Assembly (NCBI GenBank): GCA_965207455.1
Contig: CBDBMJ010000001.1
Location: 992,001 to 1,056,000, forward strand
Reading direction: 5' to 3'
Source: Bdellovibrionota bacterium
GTDB taxonomy: Bacteria > Bdellovibrionota > UBA1018 > CAIPTA01 > JAALKR01
DNA length: 64,000 bases
Shown: positions 43,018 through 53,328 of the stretch, piece by piece
How positions within the stretch are numbered: position 1 is the stretch's first letter
How the letters are laid out: each line of letters opens with the position of its first letter
Program-made: the position numbers and the translations under genes
The notes under the pieces: generated by a model
The model's input: the letters and a program-made list of their open reading frames with translations, nothing else
The model's database searches: none
Told to the model about the DNA's origin: nothing

Positions 43018-44301
43018 ATGGCAGAAAATTTGGAACCCCTATTCCAGGGATTTGGAAAACTTAATTATGAAGAGCGCTTGCTGCGCCTAAAGTCCATGGG
43101 AAGACTCAGTGATCAGGACTTGGATACCCTAGAAAACAAAACTTCCCTAGATATCAACCTTGCCGAAAGCTTTATTGAAAATGTGATTGGCTCTTTTTCT
43201 ATTCCACTGGGCATTGCCACTTATTTTTGTATTGACGGAAAAGACATTCCCATACCCATGGCCGTAGAGGAAACCTCCATTATTGCTGCTGCCAGTGCAA
43301 CTGCAAAATGGATCCGCAAACAAAATGGTACTATCTCCACAGGATCCAAAGGACGCTATATCATCGGACAAGTCCAATTTCCATCCGTCAACAACCTTCC
43401 TGCCTTGGAAAAAAAGATATATGAAAAAAAGAACGATCTCCTTACTGCAGCCAATTCCATCGTACCCGGCTTAGTGCGAAGGGGTGGTGGTGTAGAGGAA
43501 ATACAACTGCGACATATAGATCGCCCCGACGGAAAACAAATGCTCATCCTACATATCTATTGCGACCCCTGCAATGCCATGGGAGCCAACCTTATCAACC
43601 AAGTCTGTGAACACATTAAACCACTACTGGAGGAATGGACAGGAGAACAGGTTGGTCTATGCATTCTTTCCAATCTTATTGATTCGAAACTCACCCAAGC
43701 TACTGTGCGTATTCCCAATATGGATCCTGCCATTGGTAAAGGCATTCAAGAGGCCTCTCTCTTTGCGGAGTTGGACCCCTACCGGGCTGCCACCCATAAT
43801 AAGGGAGTACTCAACGGCATCGATCCCATACTGATTGCCACTGGAAACGACTGGCGTGCAGTGGAGGCTGGAATACATGCCTATTGCTCCAGAGGAAAGC
43901 AGTACTCCCCTGCCACAAAATGGAGAATGGAGTCCAATACATTAGTGGGCCACCTGGAGGCACCCATAGGTGTGGGAACCGTGGGAGGGGTTACTCGCCT
44001 ACACCCCACTGCTGCTGTTTGTATGCGTATTTTAGGCGTGAAAAGCTCTGATGAACTCTCTCGCATTACAGCCGCTGTAGGGCTAGTACAAAATCTAGGT
44101 GCCCTACGAGCACTCTCCACCGTAGGCATCGTAGATGGGCATATGAAGCTCCATGCAACGAACTTAGCTATCGAAGCTGGCGCAAAACCCAATGAAATCC
44201 AAATCATGAAAAAACGGCTTATAGAGTTGGTTACCCATAAAAAGTCCCTCACACTCACCTGTGCAAAAGACGTACTTTCTAAGCTCCGGGCTACCACTTA
44301 A
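43018..44301 (+). CDS. mvaA: Class II hydroxymethylglutaryl-CoA reductase
   Basis: ENVIG, AVEETSIIAA, NAMGAN, RAATHNKG, GNDWRAVEA, GHMKLH. Confidence 0.93.
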   Translation: MAENLEPLFQGFGKLNYEERLLRLKSMGRLSDQDLDTLENKTSLDINLAESFIENVIGSFSIPLGIATYFCIDGKDIPIPMAVEETSIIAAASATAKWIRKQNGTISTGSKGRYIIGQVQFPSVNNLPALEKKIYEKKNDLLTAANSIVPGLVRRGGGVEEIQLRHIDRPDGKQMLILHIYCDPCNAMGANLINQVCEHIKPLLEEWTGEQVGLCILSNLIDSKLTQATVRIPNMDPAIGKGIQEASLFAELDPYRAATHNKGVLNGIDPILIATGNDWRAVEAGIHAYCSRGKQYSPATKWRMESNTLVGHLEAPIGVGTVGGVTRLHPTAAVCMRILGVKSSDELSRITAAVGLVQNLGALRALSTVGIVDGHMKLHATNLAIEAGAKPNEIQIMKKRLIELVTHKKSLTLTCAKDVLSKLRATT

Positions 44302-44448
44302 AATATAATCTTCTTGAGTAATGTTCCCTCATTATATTGCATTTGAGGACCACTAAATTATGAGTCAATTCGGCATTTTTCCAATAGATTCAAATACCTT
44401 GATAATATCTGATTATTTTAGTATAATATTAAGGAGGGGGATGGGCAT

Positions 44449-45669
44449 ATGATGCAATCCATTGCATGGCAAAAGGCAAGAAATATTCATTATTTTCAGG
44501 CACCTCTATTGCTTTGCCTCTTTCTTCTACCTCTCTTTTCAAGCCCTATCCCTGCTCATGGAAGATCTGGGAAAGGCGATAAAAGCTTCACTCAACCGGA
44601 AGTAAAGCCAGAAAGAGAAGAGGAGAGAATAGTAGGCAATTGGGACAAAAAATCTAAGAAACTGGGCGCAGATCAAAAAACATACAGCGATGGTGGTGGG
44701 CAGTCCAATCACCAAAAAGGGAATGCTGAAAACAACCAAGATAATAGTAAAAAATCAACGATGCTAGGATGGGGTCTTATAGGATTTGGCGCGGATATGA
44801 TTGCTAAGGGCAGGGCTATGAACAATGCTAGCAAGTGCCACTGTGCTGGTTACCCTATGATAGGTGCTGGTGTCTATCTTATGTTTGAGGGAAACGGTGC
44901 TCTTGATGTTGCCGATGAAATGAATAGTACTGCAAATAGAAGTTGGAAGCACAGAGTGGACTTCGAAAGTACAGGAATAAATGCACCAAACACACCTGGC
45001 GCTTCTCCTGTCGGTGGCAATAACAATCCCGGCAATAGTCTCATTGTAGGCGAAGTTTGGCCCGATAAAGAGGAGTTGAAGCAAGGAGTTTTAAATGAAG
45101 GTTTCACTGAATTAGAGAAAGCCACTGGAATCGATAGAAATAAGTTTATGGAAGGTCTTAAAAACGGAGAAAGTATTTCCAACCTTTTATCCTCTCAAGA
45201 GGGATTCGGAATGACTGAGAGTGAAATTAATAGTGAGCTAGGCAAAATAAAAAATGACGAAGCATTACAGCAATTGGCTATCGATGAATATAACAAGCTA
45301 GCCGGCGCATCCGGTGCCAGTGTTGCTGGTGGTGCCAGTGTTGCTGGTGGTGCCAGTGTCGCTGGTGGCGCCAGCTTTGCCAGTCTTTTTAAAGCAAATA
45401 AAAAATCCCCTCTTTCCAAATTAAAAAATAGAATAAACTTTTTAAAACAAAATTCTGGAAAAAATGGAAAAAATAAGGACGGAAGTATTGGCATCAATAA
45501 ACAGGACGAATTGGACAAACAACGATCTCTAAGCAATCTATATGATGAAAAAAATATATTTGAACTTGTCCACGAGGAATACGAGTCTCGACTGGAAACA
45601 CTCGTAGGGGTTGATTACTTTATAAAGCAACAGATCGCTAAATCTAAAAAAAATAAGTTAGACTTTTAA
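44449..45669 (+). CDS. Secreted Gly/Ser/Asn-rich hypothetical protein
   Basis: Signal peptide; Gly-rich hydrophobic hairpin; GASVAG repeats; C-terminal NIFELVHEEY. Confidence 0.65.
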   Translation: MMQSIAWQKARNIHYFQAPLLLCLFLLPLFSSPIPAHGRSGKGDKSFTQPEVKPEREEERIVGNWDKKSKKLGADQKTYSDGGGQSNHQKGNAENNQDNSKKSTMLGWGLIGFGADMIAKGRAMNNASKCHCAGYPMIGAGVYLMFEGNGALDVADEMNSTANRSWKHRVDFESTGINAPNTPGASPVGGNNNPGNSLIVGEVWPDKEELKQGVLNEGFTELEKATGIDRNKFMEGLKNGESISNLLSSQEGFGMTESEINSELGKIKNDEALQQLAIDEYNKLAGASGASVAGGASVAGGASVAGGASFASLFKANKKSPLSKLKNRINFLKQNSGKNGKNKDGSIGINKQDELDKQRSLSNLYDEKNIFELVHEEYESRLETLVGVDYFIKQQIAKSKKNKLDF

Positions 45670-45690
45670 TAAAAAAATAGGAGAAAACTA

Positions 45691-46623
45691 ATGAGAAGTA
45701 CGAATTACCTTTATCCATACCTAATCATAGCAATGCTATTATCCCACCAACCCATAGCCTTGGGAAAAGATAACAAAGGTGCAGGATCACTAAACCAAAA
45801 AGAAGCCCAAGAGCAAGCTTCGGAAGACAAATCGAACGCTTCTGATATGCTAAATATGATTAGTATGGGCCTTAATGCTGTCGGTACGGTGATGTTGATG
45901 AGTCCGGATCCAGCAACTCAGAAGAAGGGAAAGTACTTTTTAGCTGGTGGTATGGTCGCTAGTCTCGTGGGTATGAGCATGGGTCAAAAATCAAAGGAAG
46001 GTAAGAGACATGCTGGAGACCTTGGCCCCGGTAGTACAAAAATCACTCCTCCATCGAGCTCTAGTCGAGTCGACTCCCCCGATCATCCTGTTATAAATAG
46101 GGCCTTGACCGAACTGTCTAAAAAAACAGGTGCCACTCGAGAAGAACTCATCAATGCATTGCAACCGGGTGGCGACCCCATAGGCGCTTTCTCAGAATAC
46201 CTTGAAAACCCGGATCAGATACGAAGCGACGTAGCCTCAGCAGCCTCTCAGTTGGAGAATTCAGGGGGCGCCATGAATCAACTACTGGCTGAAGCTGGAC
46301 TGAGCGACTTATCCGCATCATCTGGCACTTCCTACACTGGTGGGGGTCGTGGTATAGCTTCCAAGGGCAGTGCGCCATCCTTTGACTTTAAGGGGATAAA
46401 AAATATGCTGGGTCAAAAAAACAAAAAGCTTTCAGGAAAGCTACGTTTTGCTTCCAAAAAGCTTTCAGGAAAGCTACGTTTTGCTTCCCTAAGCCCTGGC
46501 TTGCAAAAAGCATTGGTAAAAAAGGGACATAACGCAAAAACCCTATTTGAAATCGTCCACAGTCGCTATAATAAAATGTCTCCCATGTTACTGGGTCATA
46601 TTCCTCAACAGCCTCAACAGTAA
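45691..46623 (+). CDS. Secreted Gly/Ser-rich hypothetical protein, distant paralog of the preceding gene
   Basis: Signal peptide; TELSKKTG matches TELEKATG; C-terminal TLFEIVHSRY. Confidence 0.65.
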   Translation: MRSTNYLYPYLIIAMLLSHQPIALGKDNKGAGSLNQKEAQEQASEDKSNASDMLNMISMGLNAVGTVMLMSPDPATQKKGKYFLAGGMVASLVGMSMGQKSKEGKRHAGDLGPGSTKITPPSSSSRVDSPDHPVINRALTELSKKTGATREELINALQPGGDPIGAFSEYLENPDQIRSDVASAASQLENSGGAMNQLLAEAGLSDLSASSGTSYTGGGRGIASKGSAPSFDFKGIKNMLGQKNKKLSGKLRFASKKLSGKLRFASLSPGLQKALVKKGHNAKTLFEIVHSRYNKMSPMLLGHIPQQPQQ

Positions 46624-46667
46624 AAAAATCCTAGACTAGGATAAATACCTGCACATACAATGAAACC

Positions 46668-47615
46668 ATGGGACGAATTCTTTTTCTTTGTACAATCTTG
46701 CTTTTACCCCTGACAGTAGAGTCTCAAAAAAAGGCAATCCCCTATTTAGGACCTGGTTTGGATAAACTATCTCCCCAAAAATACCTTGAAGTATATTCTA
46801 AATATATCAAGGAAAGTATTAGCCTAGGGTTTCCTCCTGACCGCTGTTCCCAGGGATCCTGTGAGCAAGCCCTAAGTTATTTATTCCGTATCACTGGCTT
46901 ATTCGACTATCCTGTTCCTCCCAGTGGAGAGATAAAATCTTGGATAAGTCCTAAAAAAACAAGGGAGTGTTATACCCATGCGGGTATAGTCGCTCAAATA
47001 CAGCGAGAGCAGGGCGGGGCCTTAGATAAGTTGGTAATCGTCTATGCAAAGTCTCCGAAAGCTATCAAACGACTGGTGCGCACCTGTCGAAAAAGAAATC
47101 TGGACCTCCAGAAGGATAGAGATACGGGTTTAGAGCGCCTTGCTGGAGTTCCTGTGGGCTATCCTCACCCCTACCTATGCCCCAACTCTCAGGGTCTGTA
47201 TGTGCGACAGTTGACGTTTCACAAGGACAGGAATGCCTGTCGCCCCACCAACTACAGCGACAACGCATGGGTCAATGGGTACATACTCAACGAGGACCGC
47301 TGCCAAGCCACTCAAAATGACCTCCTCCTCACTTGGCAGGGAAAAATAGATGCCCGCCGCTTTGCCGAGAGGGAGCAAAATCGACAGTATAAGCGATCCA
47401 TAAGTATTGCCATGGACAACGGTGCCAGCAAGAAAGAAGCCAAAAAGATGGGCAAAATACTTTTCGACAGCCCTATGGGCTTTGAGGTGAGCTATACGGG
47501 AATGGCAATGCGCAATCTTGAGGCCTGTAATCGCCTAGGTATTGGTAATCAAAAAGGTTCTACGATTCTACGAGCACCTGCTTCCTCTGGTCTACCCCCA
47601 AAAAAAGGGCAGTAG
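46668..47615 (+). CDS. Secreted hypothetical protein with multiple Cys
   Basis: Signal peptide; 315-aa ORF; no recognised family. Confidence 0.55.
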   Translation: MGRILFLCTILLLPLTVESQKKAIPYLGPGLDKLSPQKYLEVYSKYIKESISLGFPPDRCSQGSCEQALSYLFRITGLFDYPVPPSGEIKSWISPKKTRECYTHAGIVAQIQREQGGALDKLVIVYAKSPKAIKRLVRTCRKRNLDLQKDRDTGLERLAGVPVGYPHPYLCPNSQGLYVRQLTFHKDRNACRPTNYSDNAWVNGYILNEDRCQATQNDLLLTWQGKIDARRFAEREQNRQYKRSISIAMDNGASKKEAKKMGKILFDSPMGFEVSYTGMAMRNLEACNRLGIGNQKGSTILRAPASSGLPPKKGQ

Positions 47616-47704
47616 AGCAATCTAAGCTGCCTTCTCTCATTATTTTATTTTCCAATTGACGTATCGCATTATCCATGGTAGTCATAGCCAAGGAAGGAAA
47701 TAAA

Positions 47705-48595
47705 ATGAAAAACAATAAGAAACTGGCTATCGTAATGAGCATTCTAATGCTGGGTGGGAGTCCTAGTTGGGCCCATAATACCAAGAATAAGAAGAAGCTA
47801 ACCGCAACTGTTCCAAAAAAAGAGGGAGGTAAAGCAGTATCTGTAAACTATTCACTCCATTTTTCAGGGCCAAGCTTTACATCTCTGGATGGAAAGGCAG
47901 GTCCAGGGGCATCCATTGGCATGGCTCACTGTCTCGCTGCTTCTAGGGAACTCAAGCCCAACTGGAATTTGTCTCTGACAACAACTACAACGAATACTCT
48001 ATCCAGTGATTCAGTTTGGGACACATTTGCTTTTCAAGACCCAAGCCTTACCTTAAGCCGTTCCAGTATTTTAAACCAAAAAGATAATCAGGTGGGTCTT
48101 AGCGCTAATGTTATCTACCATATACCAACATCTTCAGGAACGTATGAGAATATTGGTTCAGACCAAGATTCTGGAAATGGTGCTCTTCAGCTCTCCGTTA
48201 CTCCATCAAGAACTTTTCTTAAGGGGAAACTAAGCGTATTTTTGCAAAACCAACTAACAGTTCCACTCGCTGTCTCAGACCTAGAAACAGGAGAGCGATT
48301 AAACAACGGTGTTACAGAACAACACAATCTTTCGTATCTCATAGTCGCTGGTAGCAGTTATAAACTGTCTGATAATCTTAAACCATATCTTTATTATATT
48401 GCAGGTGCCAGACACTATCAGAACAAACAAGGCACTGGTAACGGCACACCGTGGGGAGGAAGAGTTAGACTTGGCTCTAGCTATCAGCCCGATGTGAAAG
48501 ATCTAAGTTTGGGTCTATATATGGATTTCCCCACAACAAAGGAAATATTCACTAAAGCCCAGATTGTTCTATCTTTGAGCTATACAGTCTTTTAA
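47705..48595 (+). CDS. Putative outer-membrane beta-barrel protein
   Basis: Signal peptide ending SWA; alternating amphipathic strands; C-terminal LSLSYTVF. Confidence 0.6.
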   Translation: MKNNKKLAIVMSILMLGGSPSWAHNTKNKKKLTATVPKKEGGKAVSVNYSLHFSGPSFTSLDGKAGPGASIGMAHCLAASRELKPNWNLSLTTTTTNTLSSDSVWDTFAFQDPSLTLSRSSILNQKDNQVGLSANVIYHIPTSSGTYENIGSDQDSGNGALQLSVTPSRTFLKGKLSVFLQNQLTVPLAVSDLETGERLNNGVTEQHNLSYLIVAGSSYKLSDNLKPYLYYIAGARHYQNKQGTGNGTPWGGRVRLGSSYQPDVKDLSLGLYMDFPTTKEIFTKAQIVLSLSYTVF

Positions 48596-48679
48596 CAAAG
48601 TCAAAGAAACAAAATAGCAATAAAGTCGAGGGGAGTGTTCTTTCCCGAAAAAACGGACACTTTTTATAATGTGCGGCGC

Positions 48680-48935
48680 AGTATAGATATAACTTGCAAA
48701 AGGTGATTCACCCATTTTCGGCTTATAACCAAGCCTCCTAGCAGCCTCTGATTGCGTTATCAGCCCTTCAGCAATGCTCAGCATTATCTTCTCTCTATCC
48801 TCTATCTTTTTTGTCAACTTAATCTCCCTTTCCATTGACGCTCCCTCCCTTAAATTATTGATTATAAAGAAGATTATACACCGTGGTGTGATCTTTCCTT
48901 TTGCTAAGGTGTGATCTTTTAGTGTTGCCCCTACA
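48680..48935 (-). mobile_element. IS1202/ISNCY-like left-end relic
   Basis: Minus-strand TGTAG terminus with repeated aaagatcacacc; truncated HTH ORF ...ITQSEAARRLG. Confidence 0.55.
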
Positions 48936-49233
48936 ACGCATAAAAAAACATTGACACGCCAGTATTCTTTGTTGTAAATCCTAAAAAGTCAAGCAATGGT
49001 GCTTGGCGCAATTGAAATTGAAAAAGGAGAACAAAATAATGAAAATATTAAAATTAAACCTTAATGTACTGATCTTTTTATGTACATTTTCCGTAACGGC
49101 ACTGGCTGATTCACCAGAACAGGTTGGATCGCCGAAACAACAATCCGAGCGAGATACTGGTCCTCTGAAAATGATGAGCGGTGATACCACTTGGTACGAT
49201 GTACTGAAAGAAGCTTTTGAAAAAGCAGGAACA
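48864..49233 (+). repeat. ~370-bp dispersed repeat A (copy 2 at 51691-52061): IS end, promoter, leader, signal peptide
   Basis: Near-identical sequence in both copies. Confidence 0.92.
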
Positions 49234-49806
49234 ACAAATTTTACAGAAAACTATAGAGATACTCTTCGTTGGTTAGCTGGGAATAACGACAGTACTGATG
49301 AGAATTACGGAAGGCCTCCTGAATTTGTAATGAGAGTTTTTGGTAAACCAGTAATAAATAGGAGTTATACTAGTGATACAACTGGACGATGCTTTTCTAA
49401 AATTGCTCCAAACTATGCCCAAAATTCATTGGTTTCTGGCACTATTAACAATAAAATTTTGGGTCCCGGACAAAACCCCGTCTTTAAAGCTATATTTTTT
49501 AATAGCTATGACAAGCCTTCAAACTACTATGACAAGCGTTCAAACTTCCTTGAAGATCCTAGCAACAAAGATGGGTATCATTTTCCGTGGCATATTGATA
49601 ATGACACACCAATGATAGCGCTGGAAGAGGACGGTCCTTATATCCAGGATTTTCATCGTAATGTAAAATCGATTTTTAGAACGGGAGCAACAAAGCTAGC
49701 CCCAAATGATGAATATCTTCTAGTAGAGGTCGCTGATTTAGAATCAGACAACGCTGTCAAGAAATACTGTTATTACTTTTATCGAACTGGGATGTCCGCC
49801 TGGTGA
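49039..49806 (+). CDS. Secreted paralog family member 1
   Basis: AGGAG RBS; signal peptide ending ALA; family motifs EAF..A, GRC, SLV, YYD, YLL, YCYYF. Confidence 0.75.
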   Translation: MKILKLNLNVLIFLCTFSVTALADSPEQVGSPKQQSERDTGPLKMMSGDTTWYDVLKEAFEKAGTTNFTENYRDTLRWLAGNNDSTDENYGRPPEFVMRVFGKPVINRSYTSDTTGRCFSKIAPNYAQNSLVSGTINNKILGPGQNPVFKAIFFNSYDKPSNYYDKRSNFLEDPSNKDGYHFPWHIDNDTPMIALEEDGPYIQDFHRNVKSIFRTGATKLAPNDEYLLVEVADLESDNAVKKYCYYFYRTGMSAW

Positions 49807-49888
49807 GGATACGTTAATTTAGATGGTTTGATATCGCATATTAATAATTTGCGAAATTGTCTGTTTCGATGATCCGCCAACAACAATA

Positions 49889-49925
49889 AATCCTCTGTCT
49901 AGTTAATAGGGCAGGGGATTTTTTG
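49889..49925 (+). terminator. Intrinsic terminator
   Basis: aaatcctctgtct/gggcaggggattt stem followed by a T run. Confidence 0.6.
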
Positions 49926-50201
49926 TTTCATCGCCTATAGAAGGCAGAATCTATTTTTTACGTGATTTGAACGTGATCAAGTAGTTAAATTGAGGGAATT
50001 AGCGGTTGCAGTAGGGACTGTGCGGTAATGGCTAGGTTAGTGTTTTTGTTTGCGTTTCTTTAATTTCAACAACTTACAATTTTTTTTCTAACTATTGCGC
50101 CTACGCAAAAAAAAGAGTTGACATGCGATCACTGCTTGTTGTACAAGGATGCCTGAAGGTTAAGCAATAACGCTTGGCGAGAAAAGAAAGGAAGATAAAT
50201 A

Positions 50202-50783
50202 ATGAAAACGATTAAATATTATGTACTAATCTTATGTGCGCTTTCTGTACCGGCACTAGCTAGCGATGACGATGCGCTTAATCATGACATGTTGAAAGAG
50301 GCTTGGAATGGAGCAACAGCAGCAAATGTTGCTGATATTAGTGGAAACTGGGTAATGGGAGAGTGCTATCTTCAGAATAGTCTACCAGTTGACTCAATAC
50401 TCGTTTCGGTCACAGAGCCTTCTGAGATTTATGGTCCTGCGTTTACCGCATATAAATATAGGATAGATGTTGTGAATAAAAACTCTTACAGAGGTCAGAC
50501 CCCAAAAGAGATAGCTCGTCATTTGAGAAACAGTGGAGTTTTAAAATTCACTCATTTTTCTCAAGTAAACAATGGAGACTCTGATGGAACGGGGTGGGGT
50601 GAGGATAGCCTTAATACTGAAGGAGGAGACTACAACAGGGGATATTACTACCTTAAGAAAGGACCTGTAAAAGCAGATGGTCCAGCACACCTACTATTGA
50701 AAGTGAAACCTCATACAACATTTAATAAAGGTGAAAACTACTTTTGCCACTACTTTAAACAAATAAAACAACCAAACAACTAG
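50202..50783 (+). CDS. Secreted paralog family member 2
   Basis: Signal peptide; LKEAW, GNWVMGEC, SILV, LKKG, HLLL, YFCHYF. Confidence 0.75.
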   Translation: MKTIKYYVLILCALSVPALASDDDALNHDMLKEAWNGATAANVADISGNWVMGECYLQNSLPVDSILVSVTEPSEIYGPAFTAYKYRIDVVNKNSYRGQTPKEIARHLRNSGVLKFTHFSQVNNGDSDGTGWGEDSLNTEGGDYNRGYYYLKKGPVKADGPAHLLLKVKPHTTFNKGENYFCHYFKQIKQPNN

Positions 50784-50801
50784 AAAAAGGAGAACAAAAA
50801 A

Positions 50802-51419
50802 ATGAAAAACACGAAATATTATATACTAATCTTTTTATGTGCACTGCCTATGGTAGCACTTGCCGATGGTGCTAATCCCAACATAAAATCTAATTACACA
50901 ATGTTGGTGGAGGCTTGGGATAAAGCGCCATCAGCCAAATTTTCTGATGTTGACGGAGAGTGGGTAAATGGACGTTGCCTTATTGACCCTCAAAGCGGCA
51001 TTATTTCTCTGGCAGCGAATTCCTCGCTACTTGTTTCAACCTTAGACGTTTCTAAAACTTCTAATGGTTATGAGTATTCCCACAAATTTGCGCAAGTCCG
51101 CGAACCCGGCCCTGGAACACACAGTGTTTCAGACTATTTTGATGATAGAACAAAAGCTGATGTTTTGGATGAGTTAGCTGATGTGGGTGAACTTCGCCAG
51201 TTGGCTTTTGAGGGATTTAATGGAAATGGAGCAAAAGAACAGAATGGGAGTCTTTTTATGTCTCACTCACGTGGAGCGCGACTGGAACTTAGAAAGGGAG
51301 CAATACAAGGAGGACAAAATAATAAAGAGTACCTTCTGCTAAAATTAACTTACGAAGACGATGGAACTAGCTGGCAGCCGATTTCATACTACTGTTATTA
51401 CTTCCAAGAACTTAAATAA
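50802..51419 (+). CDS. Secreted paralog family member 3
   Basis: Signal peptide; LVEAW, GEWVNGRC, SLLV, YFD, LRKG, YLLL, YCYYF. Confidence 0.75.
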   Translation: MKNTKYYILIFLCALPMVALADGANPNIKSNYTMLVEAWDKAPSAKFSDVDGEWVNGRCLIDPQSGIISLAANSSLLVSTLDVSKTSNGYEYSHKFAQVREPGPGTHSVSDYFDDRTKADVLDELADVGELRQLAFEGFNGNGAKEQNGSLFMSHSRGARLELRKGAIQGGQNNKEYLLLKLTYEDDGTSWQPISYYCYYFQELK

Positions 51420-51443
51420 GCGAAAAAATACCCTAAATAAATT

Positions 51444-51474
51444 AAAATCCCCTCCAACATGAGGGGATTTTTTT
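51444..51474 (+). terminator. Intrinsic terminator
   Basis: aaaatcccctc/gaggggatttt stem plus T run. Confidence 0.8.
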
Positions 51475-51589
51475 ATTTTATTTCCTATATTTTTTAACTC
51501 TGCTTCTATGTTAATTACCTCTCTGAGTTACGATACGACCAAGCTGTAATTCGTTTTACGTGCGTTTTTCATATCGATTATAGCCTTGG

Positions 51590-51762
51590 GACACTCGCAA
51601 ATGTCTTGCATTGCCCTCTCTCTATCCCCTACCTTTTTTATCAATTTAATCACCTTCTCCATTGATGCTCTCTCCCTTAAATTGTTAAGAATAAAGAAGA
51701 TTATACACCGTGGTGTGATCTTTCCTTTTGCTAAGGTGTGATCTTTTAGTGTTGCCCCTACA
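51590..51762 (-). mobile_element. IS1202/ISNCY-like left-end relic (second copy)
   Basis: Same terminus as 48935; MEKVIKLIKKVGDRERAMQ fragment. Confidence 0.5.
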
Positions 51763-51866
51763 ACGCATAAAAAAACATTGACACGCCAGTATTCTTTGTT
51801 GTAAATCCTAAATAAGTCAAGCAATGGCGCTTAGCGCAATTGAAATTGAAAAAGGAGAACAAAATA

Positions 51867-52529
51867 ATGAAAATATTAAAATTAAACCTTAATGTACTGA
51901 TCTTTTTATGTACATTTTCCGTAACGGCACTGGCTGATTCACCAGAACAGGTTGGATCGCCGAAACAACAATCCGAGCGAGATACTGGTCCTCTGAAAAT
52001 GATGAGCGGTGATACCACTTGGTACAATGTGCTGAAAGAGGCTTTTGAAACAGCAGGAACAGTATCTAAAGAAGAGGTTGTTGGCTGGATGAGTGGACGA
52101 TGCTTCCCTGCAGATAATCCATATCGTGCTGAAAACTCATTACTGGTTGCAACTGAAGTTCGATACCACAGTGGTGGTCCTGCATTAGAAGGTGAGCATC
52201 ATTTTGCAATGTGGTGGGCTTCAAATCAAGGTGTAACTTATTTTGATTACATGTCCCAAAGAGAGATAATATCGACCAGAAACAGCTTAAATTGGATTTT
52301 TAGCAACGCTCAGAATCCATCGCAACAGTTTGATGGGAGCCTTATGATAACTTATTCTTCAAACTATCGGATGGATGGTCGGCACAAAAATGTGTTGAAT
52401 ACGGAATATATGCTTAGAAAGGGGTCAGTAGCAGGTTCAAAAAAACACTACCTTATTGCACGGATAACTCATGGAGAAGGTTCCGGTAAATTTTGTTATC
52501 AGTTTGAGCGACTTCGAGACGAATACTAG
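51867..52529 (+). CDS. Secreted paralog family member 4 (mosaic)
   Basis: N-terminus nearly identical to member 1; core nearly identical to member 5. Confidence 0.78.
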   Translation: MKILKLNLNVLIFLCTFSVTALADSPEQVGSPKQQSERDTGPLKMMSGDTTWYNVLKEAFETAGTVSKEEVVGWMSGRCFPADNPYRAENSLLVATEVRYHSGGPALEGEHHFAMWWASNQGVTYFDYMSQREIISTRNSLNWIFSNAQNPSQQFDGSLMITYSSNYRMDGRHKNVLNTEYMLRKGSVAGSKKHYLIARITHGEGSGKFCYQFERLRDEY

Positions 52530-52550
52530 TCCAATTGAATTGTTTCAATG

Positions 52551-52582
52551 AAAAATCCCCTCCATTATGAGGGGATTTTTTT
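52551..52582 (+). terminator. Intrinsic terminator (identical copy at ~53944-53975)
   Basis: aaaaatcccctc/gaggggattttttt. Confidence 0.8.
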
Positions 52583-52675
52583 AGCGTCATATTTGTTATA
52601 ACTACCTAGATCCCCTATTTCAGGGAAGTTGTCCGTTTAACGATCTCCGTGGGTGTTTTCGGTCGACTTTTTTCA

Positions 52676-52933
52676 TGAAAGCCATAACTGATACCACTAG
52701 CGAGGCTCCATGCTCTCTTGAAAAGCTAGTATTCCACTCACCAAGGGGAGTCAGTACTGTTCTACACAAGTGCGAGAGAGACTTAATTTATTGAGAATTA
52801 CTCAATCAATGTCGAGAAAGGGAAATGATAATGCTTATGCAGAAAGTTTTTTCCATACAATTAAAAATGAGCTAGGAAAGACAAAATTTAAGGATGTATC
52901 TGAGGCAAGGAGGACAGTTTTTGAATACATAAG
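52676..52933 (+). pseudogene. IS3-family transposase (integrase core) fragment
   Basis: GSQYCS...QSMSRKGNDNAYAESFFHTIKNE; frameshifted and truncated. Confidence 0.8.
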
Positions 52934-53328
52934 TTTAATCCTAAATCTTTCCAACAAAGTCTCTGACATCAGAGTGGGTCCAAAGCCCTTATAAATTTTT
53001 GCACTAACGACCTTATTTATACGCTCCTTAAAATCATCCGTTAACTTTCTCATAATTTGGCTTTCCATATCGCTGAGAAGCTAAAGCACTAACACCATCC
53101 CTACGATATATCTTGAAAAGATAATTCATCCACACTCGACTTAAACTAAACTCCCTAGCAGCCTCTGATTGTGTCATCACTCCCAACATAACGCTCTGCA
53201 TTTCCCTCTCTATCCCCTACCTTTTTCATCATCTTAATCTCCTTTTCCATTGACGCGCCATCTCCATTAAATTGTTAAGAATAAAGAAAGTTATACACCG
53301 TGGCGTGAACTTTCTTTTTGCATCTACA
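52934..53328 (-). mobile_element. IS1202/ISNCY-like 5' relic (third copy)
   Basis: TQSEAAR HTH and YKGFGPTLMSETL motif, frameshifted; TGTAG terminus. Confidence 0.65.

Larger units (their letters stand above)
52056..52933 (+). repeat. Dispersed repeat B (copy 2 at 53533-54327): gene core, terminator, IS3 relic
   Basis: Near-identical except for clustered substitutions and a microdeletion-rich tract in copy 2. Confidence 0.9.

Noticed and set aside
48931..48961. dif/Xer site beside the IS1202-like end
   Set aside because: CGCATAA resembles a XerC arm but no TTATGTTAAAT-like XerD arm follows
48981..52027. Duplicated minus-strand ORFs 48981..49190 and 51758..52027
   Set aside because: Antisense shadows of the repeated signal-peptide region
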